Positions 27,793 through 38,443 of a stretch of DNA of 64,000 nucleotides are shown one piece after another. A program made the translations under genes and the position numbers. Position 1 is the stretch's first letter. Each line of letters begins with the position of its first letter. Origin of the DNA: an uncultured Desulfobacter sp. (GTDB taxonomy: Bacteria; Desulfobacterota; Desulfobacteria; Desulfobacterales; Desulfobacteraceae); the NCBI GenBank assembly GCA_963665095.1, contig OY762069.1:1088001-1152000 (forward strand), in the 5' to 3' direction. The notes beneath the pieces are model-generated. The model was not told the DNA's origin and searched no databases. It saw only the letters and a list, made by a program, of their open reading frames with translations.

Positions 27793-29928
27793 ATGTTTAC
27801 ACAAGCCGCAACAAGGAACTGGTTCGGGGAATGGACAGATTATTTGGTTGATACCACCCAGCGCAGTATCCTTTTCTGGGATGTTATGCACAAAAGGGGG
27901 AATAACTATCTGTCCCATGTCAGGGAAGGGCAGCCGCCGGTGCTGGCCTTTGATTATGAGATTGTTATGGACGGCAGAACCATGGAGAAGCCGGTGAACT
28001 ATGCACTGGCAGAAATTAAGCCCCCGGAAGGCGTGACCATTGATCCCACCAAACGGCCGGTGGTGGTGATTGATCCCCGGGCAGGGCACGGCCCCGGCAT
28101 TGGCGGTTCCAAACGGGACTCTGAAATCGGCAAGGCCTTTGACAGCGGACACCCGGTCTATTTTATTCTTTTTTATCCCAACCCTGAAGCCGGCCAGACC
28201 CTGTCTGATGTTGAAAAAACAGAAGCCAGGTTTATTGAAATCGTCAGAGAGCGCCATCCCAATGTCCAGGAACCTGCTGTAATCGGCAACTGCCAGGCTG
28301 GCTGGGCCGTGGCCATGCTTGGCGCGGACCGGCCAGACCTTACCGGTCCCATGGTGATCAACGGTTCACCTTTGTCCTACTGGTCCGGTGTTGAGGGCGC
28401 CAATGCCATGCGATACAAAGGCGGGCTTACCGGTGGTGCCTGGGTTGCTCTTTTTATGAGTGATATTGGCGGCGGAATTTTTGACGGCGCGCACCTGGTT
28501 TCCAATTTCGAGGACCTGAACCCTGCCAACACCATCTGGACCAAGCAGTACAGCCTCTACAACAAAATCGACACAGAAGAGAAACGTTACCTTGATTTTG
28601 AAAAGTGGTGGGGTGGTTTTTTCACCATGACCGATGAGGAGATGTCCTTTATCGTAGAAAATCTCTTTGTGGGCAACCGGCTTCAAAATGATGAGGTGAA
28701 CCTTGAGAAGGACAAGACCATTTCCCTTAAAAACCTGGAAGATCCCATGGTGGTATTTGCCTCCAAAGGAGATAACATTACCCCACCCCAGCAGGCCCTG
28801 AACTGGATTGCAGGGGTATACGGGTCTGTGGATGAAATCCGCCGGCTTAAACAGGTCATTGTCTACAGAGTACATGAGAAAATTGGTCACCTGGGCATTT
28901 TTGTATCCGCCTCCGTAGCCAATAAAGAACACCAGGAAATCATCGGTGGCCTTGACATGCTTGAATTCCTGCAGCCTGGCCTTTATGAGATGATCATTGA
29001 GGAGAAAGAAGGTGAGGCCGGCATCACTGACTATAATGTCCGGTACGAAGAGCGGGAGATGGAGGACATCCTGAACATGGACGACGGCCAGGAGGATGAA
29101 AAAGGGTTTGAAACCCTGGCACAGGTATCTGAAATAAATGTAAAAAACTATAAAACCTATGTTCGTCCGTTTGTTAAAATGATGGTCAACCCGTTTACCG
29201 CCGAGATGTCCCGTCAGCTTCACCCTTTACGGCTTCAGCGCACGCTGTTTTCCGATCTTAATCCCATGATGTGGGGGTTAACTCCTGTGGCAGACCTGGT
29301 AAAGGCCAACAGAAAACCACTCACCGGTGACAACTGGTTTAAAGACCAGGAGACAAAGGTCAGCAAAAAAATTGTGGGGGGCCTTGAAAACTTTCGTGAA
29401 AAACGGGATCTGGGCCAGGAAAAGATCTTCTACATGATCTATGACAATCCCTATATCCGTTCCATGTTCGGAAAAACCAAAGAGACAACCCAGAAAAATT
29501 CTGAAGCGCAGGCCGCAGCCCAAGCTAAGACCCAGGCAGAGATCAAGGCAGACACAGCCCAGTGGATGAATAAAATCGAGGACGGCGGTTTCCAGGAAGC
29601 AGCCATCCGGGTGATGCTGGCCATGGCAGGTGCAGACCAGTCCTTTGACAAGCGCGAATACCAGGCGGCTGAGAAACTGACCAAGCAGAATATGCGCTTA
29701 CGCTTCCTCAAGGTGGAGGAGTTCAGGGAAAAGGTAAAAGAGCAGTCCAGAATCCTGCAAACCGATTCTAATAAAGCCATTGACGCCCTGGCAACCATGC
29801 TGCCTGATGAAAAAGACAGGCAGGAGGTACTGGAAATTGCCCGGGCCATTGCCAATGCTGATGATATTATCCATGACAAGGAACAAACACTTCTCAGCGA
29901 AATTGAATCCGTACTTGCTGACTCATAA
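27793..29928 (+). CDS. DUF3141-family alpha/beta hydrolase (PHA synthase-like) with a TerB-like C-terminus
   Basis: PVNYAL, IDPRAGHGPGIGG, GNCQAGW, FEKWWGG, GDNITPPQQAL, GHLGIFVS. Confidence 0.88.
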   Translation: MFTQAATRNWFGEWTDYLVDTTQRSILFWDVMHKRGNNYLSHVREGQPPVLAFDYEIVMDGRTMEKPVNYALAEIKPPEGVTIDPTKRPVVVIDPRAGHGPGIGGSKRDSEIGKAFDSGHPVYFILFYPNPEAGQTLSDVEKTEARFIEIVRERHPNVQEPAVIGNCQAGWAVAMLGADRPDLTGPMVINGSPLSYWSGVEGANAMRYKGGLTGGAWVALFMSDIGGGIFDGAHLVSNFEDLNPANTIWTKQYSLYNKIDTEEKRYLDFEKWWGGFFTMTDEEMSFIVENLFVGNRLQNDEVNLEKDKTISLKNLEDPMVVFASKGDNITPPQQALNWIAGVYGSVDEIRRLKQVIVYRVHEKIGHLGIFVSASVANKEHQEIIGGLDMLEFLQPGLYEMIIEEKEGEAGITDYNVRYEEREMEDILNMDDGQEDEKGFETLAQVSEINVKNYKTYVRPFVKMMVNPFTAEMSRQLHPLRLQRTLFSDLNPMMWGLTPVADLVKANRKPLTGDNWFKDQETKVSKKIVGGLENFREKRDLGQEKIFYMIYDNPYIRSMFGKTKETTQKNSEAQAAAQAKTQAEIKADTAQWMNKIEDGGFQEAAIRVMLAMAGADQSFDKREYQAAEKLTKQNMRLRFLKVEEFREKVKEQSRILQTDSNKAIDALATMLPDEKDRQEVLEIARAIANADDIIHDKEQTLLSEIESVLADS

Positions 29929-30020
29929 GCCGCAGAAAAGATACCCCATGGCACCTTTTTGCCTGTTGCCATGGGGGGTATTCGCCCTTTAAGCGTAAAG
30001 GATATTTGAAAGGAACATAT

Positions 30021-32336
30021 ATGAATGCCCAGCAGGTTGCCTCGTACCTGAAAAACGAGGTGACACTTTTTCAGATGTTTAGGGAAGACGAAATCCAGGC
30101 CTTAGTGAATGGATCGCGTCTTGCCGCCTATGAACCCAATGAATTTATATTTGAATTCGGTGAAGACCAGTCCCATTTAGGCATTATGCTCGAAGGGGAT
30201 GCAGAATTTTCCATCACCCGGAACAATGGAGACAGGCAGGTGATCGGCGGGGTCAAGGCAGGTGAATTTTTTGGAGAGGCTGCCATGATGACGGGCGATC
30301 CCTGTGTGGCCGACTGTATCTGCACATCTGCCAGCCGGGCCCTGCTCATCCCAAGGGAACTGTGCGCAGTAAGGATTATGACCAACCCAGCAGCCCTGGT
30401 CCATCTGTCCAGAAACCTTGTCTCAAGCCTGAAACAGGGTACCAGCCAGGAAAACACAGGACTGGCCTCCATCCCGAGCCCCAGTGATGACCCGTATGGT
30501 CTGACATTGCGCACTGAACAGCCCATGAAGTTGTTAATCATCAACTGCGGCTCATCCTCTCTAAAGTTCACCCTCTTTGACACCATGGACACCCAGAGTT
30601 TTGCCAGGGGACAGGTTGAACGCATCGGCCTTCCCGATGCCCTTTTAACCCTTGACTCATCCAACGGCAATACGGAGATGCCTCTGCCGGATAACAGCCA
30701 TTCAAGCGCGTTTTCCGCCATGCTTACGTCACTGAAAGGTGCGGGAATAATCACAAACCTTGCGGAGATCACCGCCGTGGCCCATAGGAACTCCCTGGGA
30801 GGCGAAAAACACAGAGGCGCCGTGCTGGTCACCGAAGAGATAATTAAAGAGATGGAGGGGTATACCCCCATCTTTCCTTTGCACAACCCCCATATTATCA
30901 ACGGTATTCGGGTAGCTCAGACGCTTTTGCCAGACGCCATCCATGTCACGGTGTTTGACAGCTCCTTTCACAATACGATCCCTTCATTTGCCTATCTCTA
31001 TGCCCTGCCCTACGAATACTATAAGGAGAAAGGCCTGCGGCGATTCGGTTACCACGGCAGTTCCCACAAGTATGCCTCTTTAAAAGCGGCCCAGTTTCTA
31101 AAAAAGCCGTTTAACAAGCTTGAAACCATTGTCTGCCATTTGGGCAGCGGTTCCTCCATCTGCGGTATTGACCATGGCAGGTCCGTGGATACCACCATGG
31201 GTTTTTCCCCCCTGGAAGGGCTGATCATGGGTACACGGTGCGGAGATCTTGATCCGGGGCTTCTTCTCTACCTGATGAAATACGAGGGCATGGGGTATGA
31301 CGATTTAGACGACCTGCTCAACCGTAAAAGCGGACTTTTAGGGCTTTCCGGAGTATCCAGCGACATGCGCGAGATTCAGGCGGCAGCGGATGAGGGTAAC
31401 AACCGGGCTATGCTGGCGATAAAGACGTATGCGTATCGGGTACGAAAATACATTGGGGCCTATGTGGCAGCCATGGAAGGCTTAGACGTGCTGGTATTCA
31501 CCGGTGGCATCGGCCAGGGCAGCGTACTGATCCGAAGTCTTGCCTGCCAGGGTCTGGCCAGAATGGGCATCTGTCTTGATGAAGAGAAAAATCGTAAAGC
31601 CGATGGGTTTAATACCATTACAGACATTGCAGCCAAAGACGCCCTTGTCCGGATTCTGGTGATTCCGGCGGATGAGGAACGCATGATCGCCAGAGACACT
31701 CTGGCCACCCTGGAGCGGCAAAAGGTGATTGGCCTGCAGAACACCCTTGCCCCCATGCCTGTGACCATTGAAGTATCCGCCCACCATATCCATTTAAGCC
31801 AGGAACATGTAGAAGCCTTGTTTGGCACCGGTCACAAACTTACCCGCATGCGTGATCTCAACATCCCATCCGCCTTTGCCTGTGAAGAAAAAGTCAACCT
31901 CATCGGCCCCAAGGGCCAGGTAAAAAATGTCCGGATTCTCGGGCCTGAACGCCCTGAAACCCAGGTGGAGATCTCCATGACCGAGCAGTACAAACTGGGT
32001 ATTCATCCTCCTATCCGGGAATCCGGCGACCTTGACGGCACTCCGGGTCTTACCATCGAAGGCCCCAACGGCAGGGTCACCATTGAACAGGGGGTTATCT
32101 GCGCCATGCGGCACATCCATGCCACGCCGGCAGATGCCAAAAAAATGGGGATCAAGGACAAGGATGTGGTTCGCGTCAAGGTGGCCGGTGACCGAGAACT
32201 GATCTTTGGTGACGTGCTGGTTCGGGTTCACCCCAGTTTCAAGCTCTACATGCACATTGACACGGATGAAGCCAACGCGGCCAACATTCAAAGCGGCACC
32301 ATGGGATACGTGGAAGCCATTCAGCTTCGCCATTGA
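30021..32336 (+). CDS. Fusion: cNMP-binding domain + acetate/propionate kinase + PduL phosphotransacylase
   Basis: GEFFGEAAM (cNMP); INCGSSSLKF, PLHNP, RRFGYHGSSH, HLGSGSS, DTTMGFSPLEG, FTGGIG, DEE (AckA); SAHHIHLS, RILGP.R, RESGD, RHIH, MHIDTDEANA (PduL). Confidence 0.9.
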   Translation: MNAQQVASYLKNEVTLFQMFREDEIQALVNGSRLAAYEPNEFIFEFGEDQSHLGIMLEGDAEFSITRNNGDRQVIGGVKAGEFFGEAAMMTGDPCVADCICTSASRALLIPRELCAVRIMTNPAALVHLSRNLVSSLKQGTSQENTGLASIPSPSDDPYGLTLRTEQPMKLLIINCGSSSLKFTLFDTMDTQSFARGQVERIGLPDALLTLDSSNGNTEMPLPDNSHSSAFSAMLTSLKGAGIITNLAEITAVAHRNSLGGEKHRGAVLVTEEIIKEMEGYTPIFPLHNPHIINGIRVAQTLLPDAIHVTVFDSSFHNTIPSFAYLYALPYEYYKEKGLRRFGYHGSSHKYASLKAAQFLKKPFNKLETIVCHLGSGSSICGIDHGRSVDTTMGFSPLEGLIMGTRCGDLDPGLLLYLMKYEGMGYDDLDDLLNRKSGLLGLSGVSSDMREIQAAADEGNNRAMLAIKTYAYRVRKYIGAYVAAMEGLDVLVFTGGIGQGSVLIRSLACQGLARMGICLDEEKNRKADGFNTITDIAAKDALVRILVIPADEERMIARDTLATLERQKVIGLQNTLAPMPVTIEVSAHHIHLSQEHVEALFGTGHKLTRMRDLNIPSAFACEEKVNLIGPKGQVKNVRILGPERPETQVEISMTEQYKLGIHPPIRESGDLDGTPGLTIEGPNGRVTIEQGVICAMRHIHATPADAKKMGIKDKDVVRVKVAGDRELIFGDVLVRVHPSFKLYMHIDTDEANAANIQSGTMGYVEAIQLRH

Positions 32337-34423
32337 TAAAAACCGTTGTGGTGACTGACACCAACAGCACATACGATCAGGAAAAGGCGAGGTTTCTGGT
32401 CTGCGGTCTTGGAAATCTGGGCCAGCACTGTGTATTTGAACTGCACAGCCTTGGCATGCAGGTATCTGCCATAGAACTCAAAACCATGGACCACTGGCAG
32501 ATAGACGGCCTTGAATCATTTCTGGAGACACTATACCAGGGGGACTGCCGCCAGAACGCCCTGCTCTCCCGGATTGACCTGTCACGGTTCAGGGCTGCTT
32601 TGATTGTGACCTCCAATGACCGGGTCAATATTGAAGCAGCCATGGCCATCCGCCTGCTCTCAAGGGACATTCGGATTGTCATGCGCTCGGGCAAGGAGGG
32701 GTTGAACGATCTTTTAGCCCGGCAGCTGGGCAACCTGGTGGCCTTTGAGACATCCAGGCTCTCGGCCCCGGCCTTTGCCTTGGGGGCTATGGGGGATGCT
32801 CTGATGGCCTGCTTCCCTCTGGAAGACCGTATGGTCAGAGTTATCCGGCGCACCCCGACTCAGTTTCCGGAGCTTGCCGGCAGACCATTGTCTTCTCTGG
32901 AGAGCCGGGAGACCAGCATCCTCGCCATGGAGAGCCCGCACACCCCATTTGAGAGGTTTTACCAGTGGAGAGACAGTGACATGGTGGAAAAGGACCACGG
33001 GGTGATCACCCTTGAGGTCTCTGAGATTACAGATTCTGAAATCTCCCGTTCCCTGTCCGATTCATCAGAAGATATCTCTGACCGGCATCCTTACCAGGCT
33101 CTTGGGCCGGATACCAATGGCACGGAACCAGCTGAAACGATCAAAAACATTAAACAATACCGTCTCAAACGCAGGATCCGGCGCGCGACAAAACATTTTC
33201 TATCCGACCAGATACGAAGAGTGGCGCTGATGGCCTCGGCGGTCATATTTATACTTCTGGGCGCGGGTGCCTTCCTGTTTTACCTTTTTACCCCCGGGGT
33301 GACACCCCAGGATGCTTTCTATGATGCAGTTGTCCTGCTTTTGGGCGGCTATCCGGATCTATTGGGGGCGGATTTAAGTTTCTCCTTGAACATTCCATGC
33401 TGGCTCAGATTTTTAGGGCTGATGCTCACCCTGAGTGGTACGGTGTTCATGGGATTGATCTACGCGGTCATCACCCAGTACCTCCTGAGCTCCAGGTTCA
33501 GGTTCGGCCGCCATGACCCCATGCCGGACAAGGGGCATGTTATAATTTTTGACATGGGCCGCATTGGTGGTGCCATTGCAAGTCAGCTTCGCTCCTTTGG
33601 CATTCCTGTGATCGGAATTACTTCTGAAGGAGCAGAAACCGGCGAGTTTCCAAAAGTTACCCATGATTCTGAAAATATTGAAAAGACACTGGCCCGTGCC
33701 AACCTGATGACGGCGGTAAGCCTTGTAACACTGTCCAAGGATGAACTGGTCAATCTTGAGATCGGGCTTAAAGCCCGGCAAATCTGTCCTGATATACGGC
33801 TTGTGGTTCGGACCTATGATGCAAGATTCAGTAACCACCTTGCCCGTCTGTGGCCCCAGGCCCAGGTGTTGCCGGCTTCGGCCCTGGCAGCCCAGGCATT
33901 TGCGGCAGCCGCCTTTGGCGAACAGATCCCCACCCTCTTCCGCCTGGCCGGCCAGACAGTTCTGGTCACAGAATACAGGGTGGAACCCGGGGATACCCTG
34001 GAAAACCAGTTTCTGGTCAAAGTGGCCTGCGGCTATGGCGTGGTGCCATTGATGTTCAAGCGGTCAGGTGCCTTGGAATGCAGCTGGCTGCCCTTTGATG
34101 ATACTGTACTAAAAGCTGGGGACACGTTAGTGGTTCTGGCAACGGTAGACAGCATTTTCAGGGTTGAAAAAGGAACACTTCAAGCGCCTGAATATTTTAT
34201 CAAAGTGGAGGCCCCGAGATATCAGGGCGCCTGTTTCTACGGCGGCACCATTCTCTCCCGCATGACCGGCACCAATATTGCCATCTGCATGGAGTTTATG
34301 GAACATTTGCCAGCTGTGTTTCCTGAAAAGCTTTACCTGCACCAGGGCATCCATCTGATTGAACGGCTGAAACGCAATATGATATACGCCAGCCTGGTAA
34401 AAGAGGGGGGAGAAACCCACTGA
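32333..34423 (+). CDS. TrkA/RCK-domain protein with a central 2-TM channel-like segment
   Basis: VCGLGNLG and IFDMGRIG NAD-binding RCK_N domains, TM-pore(GGYPD)-TM, RCK_C-like segments. Confidence 0.8.
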   Translation: MIKTVVVTDTNSTYDQEKARFLVCGLGNLGQHCVFELHSLGMQVSAIELKTMDHWQIDGLESFLETLYQGDCRQNALLSRIDLSRFRAALIVTSNDRVNIEAAMAIRLLSRDIRIVMRSGKEGLNDLLARQLGNLVAFETSRLSAPAFALGAMGDALMACFPLEDRMVRVIRRTPTQFPELAGRPLSSLESRETSILAMESPHTPFERFYQWRDSDMVEKDHGVITLEVSEITDSEISRSLSDSSEDISDRHPYQALGPDTNGTEPAETIKNIKQYRLKRRIRRATKHFLSDQIRRVALMASAVIFILLGAGAFLFYLFTPGVTPQDAFYDAVVLLLGGYPDLLGADLSFSLNIPCWLRFLGLMLTLSGTVFMGLIYAVITQYLLSSRFRFGRHDPMPDKGHVIIFDMGRIGGAIASQLRSFGIPVIGITSEGAETGEFPKVTHDSENIEKTLARANLMTAVSLVTLSKDELVNLEIGLKARQICPDIRLVVRTYDARFSNHLARLWPQAQVLPASALAAQAFAAAAFGEQIPTLFRLAGQTVLVTEYRVEPGDTLENQFLVKVACGYGVVPLMFKRSGALECSWLPFDDTVLKAGDTLVVLATVDSIFRVEKGTLQAPEYFIKVEAPRYQGACFYGGTILSRMTGTNIAICMEFMEHLPAVFPEKLYLHQGIHLIERLKRNMIYASLVKEGGETH

Positions 34424-34565
34424 TTTCAAGGTCGGTTCCAAGATATAAAAACTGTATATAATCAATTCCTTGTAAACTTGAAACCAAGTTCCAATACTTC
34501 ACTGGTATACTTCTAATCCAGAATAGACAAACCTAACCTTTTCAACAAGTAAACATGGGGAAAAT

Positions 34566-35213
34566 ATGACTTCAAGTGATCCGTTTGGAATGGGAAAAAT
34601 GATGGAAACCTGGACTCGTTCCGTAACGGAAATGATGAAAGCGGCAAACAGCATGGCGCCTGCTGAAGATGTGGCCAATCCGTTCAATATGTGGCGCACC
34701 ATTTATGAAACCCAGTTCCAGAAATATTTTCAGGTTCCCCAGCTGGGCCTGACCCGGGAATACCAGGAGCGGGTCATCCGGATGCTGGACCAGTTTAACC
34801 TGTTCCAGACCAGTTTTACCGAATTTATAGGGCAGCTGAACCAGCCGTTCCAGGCCTCCCTTGAAAGTATGCAGGAAAAGCTGGCTGAAATGGCGGAAGC
34901 AGGAGAGATGCCTGATGACCCGGATGCCTATTACCGCATATGGATCAAGCTGTTGGAGGAACAGTTTACATTTCTGTTCCAGACACCCGAATATGCAAAA
35001 ACCCTGTCTGGCACCATGGCTGCCCTGAGCAGTTTTTCAAAGGCCAAGGATGCGGTGCTTGAGGACCTGATCAAAGATCTGCCTGTGGCCCCCAGATCAG
35101 AACTGGATGAGCTGGCCAAAGAGGTTTACAAACTGAAAAAAAGAATCCGCCGGCTTGAGGCTGCGCAGGAAGATGACACAGAAGAATACGTAACCATTCC
35201 ACAGGAGGAATAA
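34566..35213 (+). CDS. phaE: Class III PHA synthase subunit PhaE
   Basis: PQLGLTREYQER, YYRIWI...E..F...F.TPEY, LPVAPRSELDEL.KEVY.LKKRIR; directly upstream of phaC. Confidence 0.85.
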   Translation: MTSSDPFGMGKMMETWTRSVTEMMKAANSMAPAEDVANPFNMWRTIYETQFQKYFQVPQLGLTREYQERVIRMLDQFNLFQTSFTEFIGQLNQPFQASLESMQEKLAEMAEAGEMPDDPDAYYRIWIKLLEEQFTFLFQTPEYAKTLSGTMAALSSFSKAKDAVLEDLIKDLPVAPRSELDELAKEVYKLKKRIRRLEAAQEDDTEEYVTIPQEE

Positions 35214-35215
35214 TC

Positions 35216-36313
35216 ATGTACGCGTTTAACCTGCCCATGGACCGGATCATGTCCAAAATGGCAGAGGAGATGAAACTGGCAGAAACAAGACGGCGGCAAG
35301 CCTCAAAGATTCTTCTGGGTAACCTGGAAACCGCCGTGGCCCAGACCCCCTATAACATTGTATATCAGGAGGACCGGGTCCGGCTTAAACATTACCGGTG
35401 CCAGGGAGAAACCAAGTACAAGACCCCGCTTCTCATTGTCTATGCCCTGATCAACCGGGAAACCATGCTGGACCTTGAACCGGGGCGAAGCGTGGTACAA
35501 AAACTTTTGGACCAGGGCATAGACCTTTATATCATGGAGTGGGGGTACCCTAAGAAAAAGGACCGGTTCCAGGGGATCGACGACCATGTCAACGGCTATA
35601 TCAACAACGTGGTTAATTTTGTCCGCAAAAAGACCCAAAAACAAAAAATCAATCTGATGGGTATCTGCATGGGCGGCACCTTCAGCGTGATCTATACAGC
35701 CCTTTACCCCCACAAAATCAAAAATCTGATAACCACGGTAACGCCCACCAACTTTGATACTACCCAGGGCCTTTTGCACATCTGGATGAAATACATGGAT
35801 GCAGACGAGCTGGTGGATGCCCTGGGCAATATCTCTTCAGATCTAATGAACTTCGGGTTTCTGCTGCTCAATCCGGCCCGCCTGATGATTGATAAATATG
35901 TGGGATTCATGTCCCACATGGACCAGAAAAATTTTGTGGAAAATTTTGTCAGAATGGAAAAATGGATTTTTGACAGCCCGGATCTGCCTGGCGAAGTGTT
36001 CAGGGAGTTTATCAAGGATTTTTACAAGGAAAACAAACTGATTCAGAACAGACTGGTCATAGGCGGCAAAAGAGTGGATTTAACCAGGATCACCATGCCG
36101 CTGCTCAATATTTATGCCAAGTATGACCACCTAGTGCCGCCCATGGCGTGTTCGCTTCTGACGGAAACCGTGGGAAGCAGCGATACCCGGGATATTTGCC
36201 TGGATACCGGGCACATCGGCATTTATGTCAGCTCCAAAACCCAGGATACTTTTGCCCCCGCCATTGCTGCCTGGCTAAAGGAGAGGGATATCTTGGAAAA
36301 AGCTGCGGCTTGA
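35216..36313 (+). CDS. phaC: Class III PHA synthase subunit PhaC
   Basis: PLLIVYALINR..LDL, GICMGG, RMEKWIFDSPD (class III box), DHLVPP, GHIGIYVS. Confidence 0.95.
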   Translation: MYAFNLPMDRIMSKMAEEMKLAETRRRQASKILLGNLETAVAQTPYNIVYQEDRVRLKHYRCQGETKYKTPLLIVYALINRETMLDLEPGRSVVQKLLDQGIDLYIMEWGYPKKKDRFQGIDDHVNGYINNVVNFVRKKTQKQKINLMGICMGGTFSVIYTALYPHKIKNLITTVTPTNFDTTQGLLHIWMKYMDADELVDALGNISSDLMNFGFLLLNPARLMIDKYVGFMSHMDQKNFVENFVRMEKWIFDSPDLPGEVFREFIKDFYKENKLIQNRLVIGGKRVDLTRITMPLLNIYAKYDHLVPPMACSLLTETVGSSDTRDICLDTGHIGIYVSSKTQDTFAPAIAAWLKERDILEKAAA

Positions 36314-36413
36314 AAGCGGTTTTACTGACAGGGGGCGGTCACCGCAGTGGCGAAACGAACCATCAGAAATGTTGTCCGGCAGAAATGTTGTCCGAAATCG
36401 AAAGGGAATTGTC

Positions 36414-37922
36414 ATGGAAAATCTCTGGAAGACAATGGCGTTGGATCAGGGTCGCGTTATGGAGCAACTCACAGCAGGCCAGGAACTTGCCACAAGCTTA
36501 TATCGATACCAGACCGATTTTTCCGTCCCCCTGGGGTTAGCCCTTGCCTATTTACTGCGTGAGGAGTGGTCTCAGATGACGTGTTCTTCTGCAGGCGAAC
36601 AGGTGTCAGATTGTTTTGACCTGATGACCCTTTGCCTGAACCTTTGGGGGCGATCGTTTTCCGGAACGGTGCAGGCCTGGGATCAATACTGGGATAAAGA
36701 GGCGGAAAATCTGTCCCTGGCACTCACAGATACCTGGCTGACAGGGAACCCAGAACGCCTCAAGGAATTCCTTTCCCGCCAGGCACACATCGTTCATCAG
36801 GTGGCGCACGGCCTGCCCGAAGCGATACAGGCCATTGAACAGGCGTTTGGATTTCATTTCAAGGCCAGTGATGTGGCAGGGGAAACAGAACGGTTCTTCC
36901 TTTACAGGGTTGAACCGACGCATCCCCAGATCGCTGTCCAGCAGACTGCAAAACCCATATTGATCATTCCGCCCTTTGTTCTGGGAAGCAATATTCTGGC
37001 CTTTTTACCAAAGGAGAACAAAAGCTATGCCCACGCTTTTGCCAACCAGGGCATTCCAACCTATATCCGTGTGATGAAGGATATTCAGAAGACGCCGGCC
37101 TGCCAGACAATGACCATGGAAGAGGATATTCTGGACATCCGGCATTTCTGCGAACAGATCATGACGATCCACGGGAAGAAGGTCACCTTGAACGGCTACT
37201 GCCAGGGTGGATTTACCTCGGTATGCGCCATCCTCTCCAACGAGCTGGACCTTTCGGTTGACGCCCTGATCACCTGCGTGGCACCTATGGACGGTACCCG
37301 GAGTCAGGGATTGAGCGGATTTCTTAATTCACTGCCGCCCAGATTCAACCGGTTGTGTTACGGCACCAAGGTGCTTCCCAGCGGAAACAGTGTGGCAGAC
37401 GGGCAGCTCATGGGATGGGTATACAAGTTGAAAAGCATCGAAACCGAAGCACCCCTGCCCGCTTTGCTAAAGGATGCCATCCTGGTAAAAAACGGTAACA
37501 TCTCCAAGACTGCCGCAGCCCTGAACTTCTGGCTTAAAAACGAACGGTCAGATATCCCTTTAAATATCGCCCGGATGAGTTTTAACTCCTTTACCATTCC
37601 CGTAACAAAAGAGGGGGTGCTGCCGGTACGCCCCTTTGGCAGAACCCTTAACTTTAAGGGCATCAGGGAGAAAAACATGCCTTGGCTGCTCTGTTACGGA
37701 GAGAACGACGATCTGGTGGAAAAAGAGGCCGCCCTGGCGCCCCTTGATTTTCTCAAGGTTGAAACATCCCCCTTTCCCAAAGGGCATGTTGCCATTGCCA
37801 CCTCATGGTCCAATCCGTCATCCGATTATGCCCTGGATAAAAAATTCGGGAACGCATCCCAGTACCGGGGGCCTGTCCGGTTTCAGCTGGACCTGAATCA
37901 GGATAGTGGTGCCCCAACCTGA
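36414..37922 (+). CDS. PhaC-like alpha/beta hydrolase
   Basis: KPILIIPPFVLG, GYCQGG, DDLVE, GHVAIATSWS give a Cys-Asp-His triad order. Confidence 0.7.
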   Translation: MENLWKTMALDQGRVMEQLTAGQELATSLYRYQTDFSVPLGLALAYLLREEWSQMTCSSAGEQVSDCFDLMTLCLNLWGRSFSGTVQAWDQYWDKEAENLSLALTDTWLTGNPERLKEFLSRQAHIVHQVAHGLPEAIQAIEQAFGFHFKASDVAGETERFFLYRVEPTHPQIAVQQTAKPILIIPPFVLGSNILAFLPKENKSYAHAFANQGIPTYIRVMKDIQKTPACQTMTMEEDILDIRHFCEQIMTIHGKKVTLNGYCQGGFTSVCAILSNELDLSVDALITCVAPMDGTRSQGLSGFLNSLPPRFNRLCYGTKVLPSGNSVADGQLMGWVYKLKSIETEAPLPALLKDAILVKNGNISKTAAALNFWLKNERSDIPLNIARMSFNSFTIPVTKEGVLPVRPFGRTLNFKGIREKNMPWLLCYGENDDLVEKEAALAPLDFLKVETSPFPKGHVAIATSWSNPSSDYALDKKFGNASQYRGPVRFQLDLNQDSGAPT

Positions 37923-38008
37923 TATGTTACCCCTGGTATTCCAATACAAGGGATACCCATCATCTCTGAAAAAGCATCTACCACCGGGACAGACAGGTAA
38001 TACAGCTT

Positions 38009-38443
38009 TTAGGATGCCTCGGGCATTGGTTTTGGCGCATGAACTTCAGCACAGCCACTGAGTATCAGGACATCATCCTGATTCACGCAGGTGGTATTAA
38101 GGGATACCCGGTTTTTCTGAAAATCCATGGCAGTCACTTCCACCCTGGCCGTCACTGTATCGCCGATATACACTGGTGCACGGAACTGCAGCTGTTGTTC
38201 CCGGTAGATGGTGCCAGGGCCTGGCAATTTCATGCCGATTACTGTGGAGATCAGTCCACCCACCAGAAAACCATGGGCAATCCGCTTTTTAAACAGGGTA
38301 GCCTTTGCAAACTCCGGATCAAGATGAACCGGGTTAAAGTCCCCGCTGGCTTCTGCAAAAAGACGAATATCTGCCTCTGAAATGGTTTTGGAAAAGGTTT
38401 CAAAATCACCGATTTTGAGTTCGTCAATGGTTTTTCCGATCAT
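38009..38443 (-). CDS. MaoC-family (R)-specific enoyl-CoA hydratase (PhaJ-like)
   Basis: FAEASGDFNPVHLD..FA.....KRIAHG, LPGPGTIY, F.APVYIGDTV. Confidence 0.9.
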   Translation of the reverse strand: MIGKTIDELKIGDFETFSKTISEADIRLFAEASGDFNPVHLDPEFAKATLFKKRIAHGFLVGGLISTVIGMKLPGPGTIYREQQLQFRAPVYIGDTVTARVEVTAMDFQKNRVSLNTTCVNQDDVLILSGCAEVHAPKPMPEAS

